Assembly: GCA_030295235.1 (NCBI GenBank) | Contig: AP026129.1 | Location: 248,001 to 312,000 of the forward strand | Reading direction: 5' to 3' | DNA: 64,000 bases | Source: Fistulifera solaris | Taxonomy: Eukaryota | Shown: positions 49,648 to 62,503 of the stretch, in pieces | How positions within the stretch are numbered: the first letter of the stretch is position 1 | Layout of the letters: each line of letters begins with the position of its first letter | Made by a program: the position numbers and the translations under genes | Notes under the pieces: model-generated | What the model was told of the DNA's origin: nothing | What the model saw: only the letters and a program-made list of their open reading frames with translations | Databases searched by the model: none

Positions 49648-50642
49648 ATGCTCGCACTTCAGTAGATCACGGCCTTACTAGCTTCACTCGACCGCGTCGC
49701 TATGTCGTTAGCCTTTCTTCCCCTGTCATCCGATTTCCATATGAAAGTTTTATAAAAGGGACAATAGCTTCCTTGTTCAGTGTCGGACACTGTCTACTCA
49801 CTCTCCCACTTTAGATCGAAAATGTATGACCCGAATGGGCTATGATGTCGGGTATTGCTGTCTGGAGTTTATCCAAACTCGCCACGCCTCTAGTAGCCGG
49901 TATAACGCTATTAACACTCATGATAGCTAGAGCATTGTGGGGTGCTTGTGAAAGTATTGTGCTGCCTTCGACGCAACGATTTTGTCTTTTTGGACTTTGC
50001 AAGAGGAAAAGAGTCAATTGGCGTTTGTGTTAGTGGCTTTGCTCGTGGGAAAATTATGGAAGATGCTGTTTTATACGTACGGTTTGGTGGGGACGGCTTT
50101 GTTGATATCATGGTCGGTCAGGATGAACCTCCTTCATTGCTCCGTCGAGCCTGGAAAACGCAGTATTCGCGTCTCTTTTCGAACAAGCGATGACAAACGT
50201 CAAGATGCTCCGTGGAAAGGGATTCTTCATTCAAAGAAGTGTGGGCAGTGACACTTGCCCACTGTTCCAGAATTTGGGGGTTTTATACTTGATTGAGTAC
50301 GGAACATGTCACGTCGTCGGGATAATTGGATCCGGCCGCTGTCGTGGCGTCAATGGTTTGGCACATTCCGGAAGAAGCATGGCTGGTGCAAGCTGGCTTG
50401 GACTGTGTTTTTGGTTTACATTCTTTCAATTTAGGTTGATTCGAAGCAGCGTCGCAGGAAAAAGCCGGGCCACGACGGGCGGATATTCTGTAAAAGGGAT
50501 GTTCAGAGTGTGGGTGACGGGAGTGCTACTGGATGCAACGATTCAAGATTGGGGCATCATCTTTGCAATCAACGCGCTCGTCAATGTACCGGGGACAGTC
50601 ACCCTTGTTTCTCTCTGTTAGTCAAGGAAAGAGTTTGAATAA
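49648..50642 (+). pseudogene. Degraded inverted paralog of the PHT4-like transporter
   Basis: Colinear fragments LASLDRVAMSLAFLP, SGIAVWSL..LATPL, IARALWGACESIVLPSTQR, DAPWKGIL.SK, WHIPEEAW, QEKAGP, TGVLLDA..QDW and KEFE*, with stops, frameshifts and large deletions. Confidence 0.85.
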
Positions 50643-53600
50643 GGTCGAGCTGATTATTGCTTTGCACGCATATTTGTCGAGCTGTCACGCAAATCAGGAC
50701 TATAATACATGGCGTAATTGAGTTTGTCAGCTCATGAGAACTTGGAACAGATGACTCTTTTACATATCAGTGACACCGAAAAGGTAACACGTTCTATGCG
50801 GTAGGAGCTATTTCTTGATCGAGTGATTGATTGAAGCATTCCTCCTCTTCCTCGGTACTTGATACTTGGGGCTGAAGGAAAGAGTTGGCCTATTTCACCG
50901 GCTCAATCTTTTTGGATGAGGATGAGTGAGAATTCCAACCTGTTGGAAGTTTGAAAGATCCGAAAGTTCCACCGCAAGGGTGTCCTTGGCGCGCACAAAC
51001 TCCGAGCCATTTGACTCCTCGTTGTTTTTGTTGGTTCGTTAAAATAATATGAGGCTTTGGAACGTTTAGAAGAAGCAGCCGCCGGCTCCGATGATCGGCC
51101 AATGCAGTCACGTACGGAGACCCTACGGAGACCGTGCCTCACAACAGTCAATTGTTTCTTCTCGAAAAGCACCCTCCATCGCATGATCATCAGATATGGT
51201 TGCTTGTCGCGCAATCCTTTTGACCGGAACTTTCACAGCATGAATGTGAATACCTCGTCAATCAGCGATACAATCTTGCACAGATCTAGCGTTTCTCATT
51301 GTGCTCTGCGATTTCGCAAACAGTCTCAAGTCAAGTCATCTCGAAACGGAGACCGAGGATCGATACCTTTCTTCTTGTCCTCCCGAGCCGTCCAAAATGG
51401 AATTCCCACGCGTTACTGACCCACCACGCATCGCATGCTGGATAGCTGGCATTCTTGAATGTCTCTCGTCGCGCGAATTCGCCATCCAAAGGCTTACCGA
51501 AATTTGTTTTACCGAATTTCCTATTTGAACTACGATTCCATGAAGTTCATGACCAGGTACAAACAAAAAAACCATCGTGTTTCACATCATCGTCATGTCC
51601 TTTCCATCCATGTCAATCGGATCGACATACTCCGATCACAATGACGTTCACGAGAACGCTAACGGATGATATAATATGATAAGCGTAATGAGCAACCTGT
51701 TCGATCCGTTTAAGTTGGCGTTAAGGTCCATCAAATTTTCGATAAACAGCAGCTTCCCATCGTTCGATTTGAGAATCGTTAGGGCACATTCTGTATCCCG
51801 AATCAGTGATTGCTATGAATAATACGGAGTTATTAGAAGAATCGTTGTCTTTCTGTAAGAATGGCGAGAGTATGTGAAATAATGCGTAAATGCAAGATGG
51901 TCGGGTGAGTCTCATCTCCGATATTATGCATACGCAGACACGTACACGCAAACAAGCTACACATCGAAAGACTGCGATTGAAATAACAAGACTGAAACAA
52001 GGCGTGAAGGATGAACGCAAAAACAGAAAAACAAAACATCCATCGTCGTTCATCGTGGAGTGGCAAACAAAGTGCCTCCATTGGACTTGCGATCCACTAT
52101 TTCCCCCCGGTTCGAATTGAATTTTAAACGCGTATTTCGCTGGTGAGATACGAGCAGGCCGGGCTCGCGGCTGCTTTCATCAATATTGGAAAATATCCAG
52201 AGGCGTATATCGCGACATTCATTCGTGGAACACGTGGGATCCCAACCGATACATGGAGAAAACCGTTGCTCGAGACAGAAATACTTAGAGAGCTCCCTCT
52301 AAATAATTTTAAATTAAGTTTGTGAACACAAACTGATTTTGATTTTACGATACAAGTAGGAGAAGCATCGCCAAACATCTTTCTCTCTCTTTTCGCTGCG
52401 TTCTTCTTCTTCTCACATCTCCTCTCAAAGGCGACTGAGAGAGGTTTGATGTCCTCCCCGTATTCAGTTGTTGCCAAAGCTGTGGCCTGCGATCATAGCT
52501 TGGGACCGTATGGTTGAATACTCAGTGGGAGCGCATGAAGGGTTGTGGTGCGTATGTCCCGAGGAAGGAGGAGTCGTCTCGCGAAACGGCAACCTCGTGT
52601 CGTCTCGACGATTCGCTTGCCTGCTTGCGAGGCTTCCTGCCTTACCGGAAAACACGCAGTTGGAGCATTGTGCTGGGAAAAGTTCTTCACCTGAGTTGTG
52701 GGATCCATGAGGCGTGCCGAAGAACTGCGTGCGCCGATGATTGGTGAAGCAATGGTAACGGTTGAGCGGGGTTTGGGGTTCACCCGCTGAGCAGCTTATG
52801 AAAGCCACATTCGCCTTTCCGCTCCCAACCGGATACATGGGCGTTTGTGATCGCTTGTTGACATCTGCTTAACGTCTTCGGAGCTCTTGCGGTGCTTATG
52901 AGTTATCCTAGAAATAGGTTAGCGGTTACGGGCACTCGCAAGGGTCCCCCATATGTCCCAGCACAATGAAAAATGTATACCACAACTCCTACATGCTAAC
53001 ACTTGTTCATTTCCAACACCAAGTAAATTTAATTAATATATAAATACAACTGAAGAATGCGCGTGGCGGGGATGACGACGGGCGTCGGGAGAAGCTCCTC
53101 CATCTGACACTGTCCAATTCCAGCGGTTTCGTGGTTGTACGGATAGTTGTTTGCTCTAGTTTCTCCGCCTTGTTGTTTCGCGCTTTGTCTTCTCTAGGAT
53201 TCAGTTCACTTTCTTCCAAAAAATCAGCTGCGTTCTTGCAAAAGCGCATCGACTTATCAATCTTGGAACTATCTTCTTTGCAACCTATCCGTCGAGACGG
53301 ATTGATTCTGACTGATGGCGTTCAGGATGTACCCACTACAGCCACTGCTTGAGTACTTTAACCTCGGTCCTATCCAATCCATGGTCTTTTTTGTTACAAG
53401 GAGAGCATCCATCAGAACTGTCGGGTGCCGGTGCTGTGTTGGCGGTCTTGGGAATTTTTTGTTGTCGTCGCGTGGTATGACATTTTTGGTTTCAAGCGCG
53501 CTGGATGACCACGACGCGACAATCTCGTTTATGATATTCGTGCGTCGACTCCTCGTCAATGTAGTATTTCATTTCAAACGCAAAATCGTCTGAATTGACG

Positions 53601-53885
53601 GAATGAAAACTCCTCTTGACGGATTGCGAACAGAATGTTTTAGCCGGCATACCAGGATCCTGCTATTGTGCTTGATGTGCTCACCGCCAAAGGGCAGAAC
53701 GCCTTGCGTCGATACTAATTCTCCGTGAATATTAACTTACTTGAGCTGCATAACAAACATGATCAGGTCGACCAACCCTGTAGAGGATTGAAGAGTAGAG
53801 TGCAAGCTTTAAAGTCATGAATAAAGATAGGAACCACCTATGATTAGCACGCTAATGCTTGTAACGGATCTCTGATCTCCAACAT

Positions 53886-55573
53886 TTAGTGGTATAAATC
53901 AGAAACATCGCTTTTGACACAACCATTGACGAGCTTGTGAGTAAATTGCTCCGGAATGGGAACCTCTTTCTGATCGTCACCATCGGGGAAGCTCACATTC
54001 ATCTCGGAACTGAGACTCGTGGTGAATGTAGAGATCGCCAACGATTCTTGGCTCAAATAGACCACAATGTTGATGGTCTTATCAATCGTAAAGACGGGAC
54101 ACACTCCGTTCACTTGCAATTGTACCTTTTTGCAGTTGACAACTTCGGCACCCGAAATGAGATCGTCTAGTACGACGGCACATCCAGTGCACATATCTAA
54201 GCACATGGACTTGAATTTTCCCTTGATCTGAAAGGTAACACCGTCACAATTGTAAATGTAGACTTGTTGTTTCGGATCACTGATTTCAATTGAAATGACA
54301 CTGTCTTTCGAAACTTCTTTCGCGGCCGATTCTTTCGTGTGATTTTCTACCACCCACTTGAAACCTCGATCTTGATATTCGAAAATGGGTAGCCCCTTCA
54401 AAGGTGTCTTCTTTTCCTTCTTTTCTGTTTTCGCAGGTCCCACCGGAACAGCTGGCGCATGACCATCGGATGGTTTGAATTCCTTGCGCCAGGTTTGCAT
54501 GTCTTTGTGACCTATGTAGAGAGATGAAGTGAAATGAAATGACACGAAATGAGTAAACGAGTCAGACCAACACAGAACTAACTGGATTTGTCAGCGTACC
54601 TTTTTGAGACCCGTCGCCGCAGAATCCCCTTCCGAGGACTTGCGCTTGCTCAATTCTTCCATCATACCGGCAATATTCCCACCCACAATAGCTGATCCGA
54701 TCATAGGATGCCGCGTCGATAATTTTCGGAACGACCCCTGTCGTTGGGGTTCCACCGGTTCCGTGTCCGTAGGATCACTCAAGCGAATGGCGGCTTCGGC
54801 CAAACTCACGCCCCGCGGCGAAAACGTCAATCCCGTCTTGTGATATTCCTCAATGTATTCCGCCAATCCCGTAATGACGGCTTTGATACTGTCACAAAAG
54901 GCAATTTGTGTATCATTCTTCCCTTTAAAGTCTTTGCGAATGCGGTTGGACCAGAATTCGGCACTCCCGAGTGTTTCTTTGACCATACCGACGGGGAGTG
55001 CTTGCGGAGGCCGCATATAGACCCAGGACAACCCGGCGAGCATTTCAATGACGGCTTTTTGATGGCGATCCCAATCGCGATCGAGTTTGAGATTGCGGAT
55101 TCCGACAATCGCATCTTGTACCGGTTTCATATGCGGTGCCAAGGCTTCCGTGATACTTTCTTCCGGGGCTTTGGAGCGTGACGCCAAGACAATAATCAAT
55201 CGAATGCCTTCCCAGGCTTTTTGAATGAGATCTCCCATATTTTGCAAGCCACCGAGATCATCACATGCCTGTGCCAAGTAGGAAACGGAATTTTTCATGT
55301 AACTGTCGTAAGCTTTGACGGAAGGGACTTCTCCGGCCGCTGTCAATGATTGTGGCAAATGTGAGTATGAGAAAATAGTATGCAGAGACGAGACACTGAC
55401 ATTCAATACTCACCAGCTAGATTGGCTTCATTCGGAGCCGGCGTCGGAAAGGACGCACTTGCTGGATGAGGAGGAGCAATCCCCACCTTGGTTTCGAGAT
55501 TCTCGAGACGCGACAAGACATCGCTCAACAAATCTTTCAAAGGATCGATTCCGTGCAGAGCTTTGTTCGTCAT
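53886..55573 (-). CDS. CAP: Adenylyl cyclase-associated protein (CAP/Srv2); two introns
   Basis: LSRLENLE coiled coil, AEFWSNRIRK, HKTGLTF, TGLKKV (WH2), KWVVEN, IDKT, SSEMNVS and PIPEQF. Confidence 0.92.
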
Positions 55574-55965
55574 GGTTTGTTTGTTGTAATTGTAATTATT
55601 AGATTAATTGAATACAAAGTAAAGGTAAGAAGCAATGACCTGTATTGTCAGGATACAATCAATAATAGGAGGAATAATAATACTCCGTAAGATCTTGTTG
55701 AGACATCGATCGCGGTCATTATATTATAGTGTGGCATCTCCCCGCCCTTTGCGGGACTGCAATCCAATTGAGTCGGAGAAAAAGGTCGCCTACACTCTAC
55801 CTCTACAGTTCCTAACACCACATGCACTTAAACGCGAGCCTTATTGCACGCAAGGTTCGTCGCTGCGACGAAGACAAGGCGACCGCAAGCCTCGCCTCCA
55901 CAACACTCCCAGCACAAAGCGCATTCATTGGACTTATTTTTACTTGTACTCGTAAACACTTCGAT

Positions 55966-57669
55966 ATGCTGTTACTTCGTCATTGGAGTAGTCGACAACC
56001 TTTATTGATTCATTCCTCCCGTTCTTGTTTCGCATTGACAACTACTTTACTTCTCGCGAGTCGATCGCTCCTTCCGTCGTGTCACGCTTTGGGGATGTCG
56101 ATGTCAATGTCGATGTCGCGAAACTACCAGTACACGTCTTCTTCTTCTGTCAGTAGGACCATGCTATCTGCAATTCAACTGACCTTTGGTACATTCGATG
56201 ACGAAACCTTGTCTCCTACACAAACACAAGCGACAGTGTTGATTGGAAAGAAAGAACCAATCCAAAAAGTACTTTCTAAGGGACATGTCACCGGATTGCA
56301 AGACGAAGCCTGCTTGAATGCACTCGTTGACTCCATTGAAGGCGGAACCGGGAGTGCCACGACACTATTGTCGGTAGCTCCGCAACACTATCATCGTGTT
56401 ACTATAGGATTACTTCCCGAAAAGGTATCACGGAACAATCATCCTCTGTCGGTGCATAAAATCACCGAAATGGTCGCTGCCGCTTGTGCGAGTGATAACA
56501 GTAAAATAACGCGATTGCTGTTAGTGGGCGTGTCACCGACGTGCTCTCCGGCCGTGTTGACGTGTGCGGTCGCCAAGGCTTTGCCTTTGTATAATCGAAA
56601 AAGTCAGACAGTGTCCGAGCGCCGAGTACACGTCGCCTTTGTCGACCAAGACAGCGGAGCCGTGGTGACTCCGGAACACTGCGAGACGGTGGCACAAGCC
56701 GTACGCATGGCGGCCGATCTCGTAGATCGAACACCCGAAGAGCTCACGACAGATGCGTATGCGGAAGAAGTACAACGAATTGTACAAGAACTCGTGAAGG
56801 ACGGGGCGTCGGTGACTATGACACAAATGGTGGGCGAGGAATTGAAAGAGAAAGGATATGGTGGCTTATACGGGGTCGGGAAAGCTGCAACATGTCCTCC
56901 TCGCTTCATTGAACTCAATTACACACCCACCAGTCCAGCCACGCAAAAAGTAGCCTTGGTCGGGAAAGGGATTGTGTACGATACTGGTGGATTGTCATTG
57001 AAACCAAAAGAAGGAATGGGTGGAATGAAAATGGATATGGGAGGATCGGCTGGTTTGCTTGGGGCGTTTTACGCTGCCGTCAAATTGCAAACACCTGTCA
57101 ATCTTACATTGGTGCTTTGTTTGGCAGAAAATGCCATTGGGCCAAAAGCATTTCGCAATGACGACATTTTGACTCTCTATTCGGGAAAAACAGTCGAAGT
57201 CAACAATTGCGACGCAGAAGGACGATTAGTACTGGGGGATGGAGTCTACCATGCCACAAAACACATTGATAACTTGGATCTCGTCGTGGATATGGCGACA
57301 TTGACCGGAGCGCAGCTAGTGGCGACTGGTAAAAAACATGCTGCCATTCTAGCAAACCAAGAAGAATTGGAACGACGCGCGGTGGCGGCGGGCTTGCGAT
57401 CTGGGGATCTGTGTTATCCGATCTTGTACGCCCCGGAACTGTTGAAACAAGAGTTCAATTCCAAAGTGGCGGATATGAAAAATTCAGTCAAAGATCGTAG
57501 CAATGCGCAAACATCGTGTGCAGGGCATTTCATTGAAGCGCATCTAGCAGAGGACTATAAAGGTGGATGGATACATATTGATATGGCTGGACCGGCATGG
57601 AAGGACGACCGAGGAACCGGATATGGTGTTGGACTGGTCTTGTCGTTGTTGGGTGCTCCTGGCTTTTAA
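55966..57669 (+). CDS. M17 leucine aminopeptidase (NPEPL1-like)
   Basis: VGKGIVYDTGGLSLK, MKMDMGG, NNCDAEGRLVLGD, DMATLTGA, HIDMAG and TGYGV. Confidence 0.93.
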   Translation: MLLLRHWSSRQPLLIHSSRSCFALTTTLLLASRSLLPSCHALGMSMSMSMSRNYQYTSSSSVSRTMLSAIQLTFGTFDDETLSPTQTQATVLIGKKEPIQKVLSKGHVTGLQDEACLNALVDSIEGGTGSATTLLSVAPQHYHRVTIGLLPEKVSRNNHPLSVHKITEMVAAACASDNSKITRLLLVGVSPTCSPAVLTCAVAKALPLYNRKSQTVSERRVHVAFVDQDSGAVVTPEHCETVAQAVRMAADLVDRTPEELTTDAYAEEVQRIVQELVKDGASVTMTQMVGEELKEKGYGGLYGVGKAATCPPRFIELNYTPTSPATQKVALVGKGIVYDTGGLSLKPKEGMGGMKMDMGGSAGLLGAFYAAVKLQTPVNLTLVLCLAENAIGPKAFRNDDILTLYSGKTVEVNNCDAEGRLVLGDGVYHATKHIDNLDLVVDMATLTGAQLVATGKKHAAILANQEELERRAVAAGLRSGDLCYPILYAPELLKQEFNSKVADMKNSVKDRSNAQTSCAGHFIEAHLAEDYKGGWIHIDMAGPAWKDDRGTGYGVGLVLSLLGAPGF

Positions 57670-57963
57670 ACGGTTTGCTGCTTGCTAATCAAGGTACTGC
57701 GTATAAAAGTCATCGCACTCTAGACTTCGGCTAGAAATATCAAATACCTCGCGCGTTCCATTTTGTACTTATCCGGGTCTATAACGGGGCACAATACCTA
57801 AATAATTATCGATGAGATTACATTGAGAAACTAAATTCTTGCTCTCCTTTTTGTGGAGTGATTTGGCTATACTAGTGGGATGTTCTAAAAGTGATGTGTC
57901 TTGTGTTTGACCAACAAGAACCAGGTTAAGCAGACGCAATTAATGCATCGCACTACAGTCAAT

Positions 57964-58806
57964 CTACTCATCGCTTTTGACAGCAGTCGGTCCATCCTTA
58001 AATGTAAGGGCCTCCTTGATGTACTTGTAAGAAAGGCCGGCCGAAACGAGGGCAGCGAACGCCGCTTCGCCAATCCAGGGGATAGAGTCTGAGTAACCAA
58101 CTCCACGCGCCATGAGTGTGGCTGTGAGAGGAATCACGCCAAGAGCAACAATTTCCGCGTTGCAGATTTGAATCATGCGCTTTGCGAGAGCATCGCCCAA
58201 TGGTTCAAGTTCTCCGTTTCGTTTTGCCACGGCGCGTTTGATAATTGTTGTAGTGTTAAAGAAGCTTGCTGCGCCAAGTACTCCTACAAATGCAATTTTG
58301 AGCCAGAACAGAGGTTCATTCTGGTAAAACAACCACCCTTTCTCGTACTGGGTCAAACGCAAATAGCCAGTGTATACCAAAGAGACTCCAAAGAGACCGT
58401 AGGCGATGTCAGCTGCCGCTACTAGATCCTCGTCATCACCACTCATGCCCGGTTTGATCGTCATTCTTTCAATCATCACACATCCCAGCATACCCAGGAT
58501 CGACACGAAATGGCCGTAAGCAGCGAGAGCCGAGGGGATGGCGGCTGGAGCAAAGGCAGTGGCAGCTGAAGATGCCATGGGGGCTCCGAGAAGAGCAACA
58601 CTCGATACGAGAATCGCCTTGGCATTGACGCTTTTCTCATTTGTCATGTTCAATGGGTCAAAGCAAGCTTTCTTATCGAAAATATCATGGTTGGTCTTTG
58701 TTGTGGACGTGATAGGATGGCCTTGATGTTGCAATCTTGGTGCCCATGCATTCGCGATCGAGATAAGAAGGCCGCCGAGCACGACAGAGGTGAAAATCTT
58801 GGTCAT
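57964..58806 (-). CDS. DUF2214-like membrane protein with plastid-type presequence
   Basis: Signal peptide ending ANA-WAP; AYGH, D.AYG, TGYLR...EKG..FY..EPLFWLK and A.LMARGVG. Confidence 0.75.
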   Translation of the reverse strand: MTKIFTSVVLGGLLISIANAWAPRLQHQGHPITSTTKTNHDIFDKKACFDPLNMTNEKSVNAKAILVSSVALLGAPMASSAATAFAPAAIPSALAAYGHFVSILGMLGCVMIERMTIKPGMSGDDEDLVAAADIAYGLFGVSLVYTGYLRLTQYEKGWLFYQNEPLFWLKIAFVGVLGAASFFNTTTIIKRAVAKRNGELEPLGDALAKRMIQICNAEIVALGVIPLTATLMARGVGYSDSIPWIGEAAFAALVSAGLSYKYIKEALTFKDGPTAVKSDE

Positions 58807-59674
58807 GGTGATCATGTTGTTTAGCACGAAGATTGGTTACGACTGTGTGTTGCCAGATGCAATTCTTATCGGAATGTTTCATACCTTTAGTCGAAAGGTA
58901 TGGATTTTGCCGACTGCCATCCAAAAATCCATGCATCACTCATCTTGGGTGCGCCGCGTGCGGTGTTCGGTGCTACTCTCGCTTATTTGAAAAATAGACT
59001 TTGTCGCATAGTTTCTGACTAACAAGTTCCAGTATTTATTACTTCTTGTACTACGTACTTTTGATTTCCGTAAAATTATGAAGTATGGAGAATGGATACT
59101 TTGTATTGACAATTGACACCGCTTTACCGGTTGCTAATTACTAATTACTAATTACGACCTATGACCTATGCGCAACACTCAACAATTACGGCAGGAAGTA
59201 CATTCTACGATCAGTGGCTTATATCTTAGTTGCCGTTTCTGTGTTTTATGATTAGAGTAAGTATTGGATAAGCGGTACTGAATACAACTGGTTTGCATGG
59301 CGGAGCAGCGTTTTGATTTCATAGGGCAAAGAATTACAAAATGCCCATCGTCCATCGTCGACCCCTTGGTACCATTTGTCCGTATAGAATGACCATCAAT
59401 CCGCGGAAGAAGTCATTTTACGAACCTTGGGTTCATTTTTCAGTACTAGACATCCGGGGACGGAGACCGAAATTTAAAGCTATGCGACGGATAGTATGTT
59501 TCGAACTTATCAGAGGTTGAATAACATGTGCTTTGCGCCTTGGGGGAAACTCATTCCGTTTGACCAGGCGACAATCCATCGAGGTGCAAGGCTGGTTGTG
59601 CCTCTTCGACAACTAATCAAAAGGAAACAGTTTGATCAACCAATTGACAAAACATTTACAAACCATCGCGAAAG

Positions 59675-61761
59675 ATGAGTTATCATCAACAATCTCCTAT
59701 TATATCGTATCATACGGAAGGTACGGAAGACCATCATGCGCGTGCTCAAATGGAGTTGATAACCCGAATGAACAACATGGGTGTCGCCAGTTTAGAGGCT
59801 TCCGATCATGAACCGGCTCGAGAGTTATTCCGTCGAGCTTTGGATAAAGCGAATGAGACAACTTTCTTTCCTATTCCGAATACACCGGCCGCTACAAAGG
59901 GCGGGGAAGTCTCGAAAAGTTTATATATTTATCAGCGCGGAGAATACGATGAAGGCATGCACACCTTCTCGGAGCCTTTATCGCTAGACCCGTCGGTTAC
60001 GTCGCTACATTGCGCGACAGCGACAATATTGTACAATCTCGGTCAACTTTACCTTCGTGTGAATGACAATGAGGCCGCTTTGAACTCGTTTCAATGTGCG
60101 TTACAGATTGCGCAGTGGCGATCGTCTTCGGATAGCAAGGAACCCGCTGGCGGAGGTGTCGGCGTTATGGCAATCTTGCACAACATCGGTCACGTGCAAT
60201 ACCGGAGCGGACAGTATGAGGATGCGGTCCGCACCTATGCCAAAGCTCTCAATATTGGAAAGACGTCTTATAACAAGAGTTCGCACAGTATGCTTCAAGT
60301 CGCGGCGACGTTAAACTGCCTCGGCGTACTCTACTTTCATCTACCAAATGCCGAGACCGAGCGGGCCATGGAGCTATACACAGAATCGCTCGCTATCCGA
60401 AAAGCAGTGCTCGGTGTTAATTACGAATGCCCGGAGGTTGCTACAACGTTGAATAATATCGGACGCATTCATTACATGAAGAGCGAGCACCCCAAAGCGT
60501 TAGAAATATACAATGAAGCACTGCGCATGCGACGCAAACTGCTCGGTGATGACCACTTGGATGTAGCAGCTACGATTTATAATGCTGGTCAGACACATCA
60601 TCAACGAGGTGATCTCATGGAGGCGATGAGACTATACCAAGAGTTTCTGGTAATTGCTCGCAAAGATTAGGTAGTCACCATCGTGACGTAGCGATCATGC
60701 TCAAGTGCATGGCTCAGATTCATCATGAACGCAAGGATTACGATAGTGCTAAACGTCTGTACGAAGAGGCATTGACTGTGGGACGTGCTGCTCTGGGCAA
60801 TTTCCACCCGGAAGTAGCGAGTACTTTGAACAAACTGGGAAATCTACATTATGAAAAGGGAGATTTTGAAGAGGCTATTCGAGTTTACAAGGAAGGACTG
60901 GAAGTTGAACGTGCTGTATTGGATGTGTTCCATCCCAACATAGTCGTCACCCTCACCAATATTGGTCAGATTCACAAGTTGCGGGGGGAGCATCAAGCGG
61001 CATTACGACTATACAAAGAAGCTGTTGCAATTCAACGTCACAGTCTCGGCCCTGGCCATCCCAGCATCGCCACTTCGCTCTCTTCAATTGCTTTAATTCA
61101 CTATCAGGCTCGCAGTTACGCGAAAGCACTAGACGTTTACCAAGAGGCGCTTCGAATTCGACGCGACGCCTTCGGCGACTTAAATCTGGACGTGGCCTCA
61201 AATTTGAATTCAATAGGTTTGGTTTTGTTCAAGATGGAGCTACATGACCTTGCCATGCAAAGCTTTCAAGAAAGTCTGCGTATTCGGCGTAGACTGCTCG
61301 GGGCAAACCACAGAGACGTCGCCATCATCCTTTACAACATTGCAACCATTCATCTCGAAACAGGAGATGACGATGAGGCCATGGTCTACTATCGCGAAAC
61401 GCTTCGGGTAGAACGGGCCGCTCTGGGAGACAGACATCGTGATGTAGTACTCACCATTCAACATATTGGACAGGTTCACCAGCAACGAGGAGAGTTATCA
61501 GACGCTCTAAAATATTATCAAGAAGCCCTGGATATTCAAATGACATCTGAAGATTCGGAGGACGCTTCAATTGCGCAGACTTTGAATCATATTGGTAATG
61601 TATTTTTACAGCGAGGTGATGCTAGAGAAATGGTGGCGGCTCTTTCTGAATCTCTCCGAGCTTTTCGTAAAGCCGGTCAGAGTGACGACGAGCTACAAAT
61701 ATCAGGACTCAACTTCTACGGTCTTTCCAAGATGCACCCAGAGTGTGCTCCATCGGCCTAA
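59675..61761 (+). CDS. TPR-repeat protein (kinesin light chain-like repeats); frameshift near 60663
   Basis: Many 42-aa repeats of the form H.DVA.TLN.IG..H...G....A...Y.EAL..RR..LG; one missing A joins the two ORFs. Confidence 0.88.
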
Positions 61762-62503
61762 AACTGGCAGTTGGTGTTCTCAATAAGCTGTTAAGTTGCA
61801 TATATTGCCGTTTTTGCTATTTGTACTGCATAGTGTGATTTTCTTGTTTGTTTGAGAGAGTGATCATGGGCTTTGGACGAACACCTCTTCGTCTGGTCGA
61901 GATAGTTTGATAATAATGATGATCTTAATTGAGGTTTGTTTTTGTTATAGGAAGAACGTAATTCAATTATCGCTTGCTTAAAGTATCTGAAGCGAAAGCG
62001 TTTTCTCCAAATACTTTGTACTTATAGCGCTTCCCCCCGCAAAGGTGGGGGGATACAATTTTTGCCCAAACGCCGCAACGTCCAATCGTGGCCGCGTCCG
62101 AAAGGGGTAAAATCTTGGACGCACAGCTACTACTGTACCTGGCACAAGTACTTTGTACATGTAATAAATGTGCGTGATGTTTTGGAGCGGTACCGTACCA
62201 GTACTCCAAACTTTAGCTTATGTCGCAGCGTGTTAAGAAAATGTTATACAGAGGACACCGACAGACTGGGTCCACTAGGGATGATTCATGACTAAAACAC
62301 TAATCTTTTACGGGATTCAGATTGCACCTGGTACATGTTCTACGTGATATGGCCTTCCCTCCCATCACATGCAAGGCGCAAAAGGAGTGAAAAAGATACA
62401 TTTGCACTGAATTGCATCACGATGAGATTTACAAGAGGAGGTTACAGCTATTATTCCAGAAGCCAAAGTCGAAGGTTCATCAATATCAATTTATTAATCA
62501 ACC

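Noticed and set aside
62032..62053. GC-rich hairpin TCCCCCCGC-AAAG-GTGGGGGGA as a Helitron end or terminator
   Set aside because: No CTRR terminus at the expected distance and no other supporting feature.
62081..62305. Fourth copy of the hairpin-delimited element
   Set aside because: Only partial matches (TCCAATCGTG; ATTCATGACTAAAAC) are present and the internal blocks are not recognisable.
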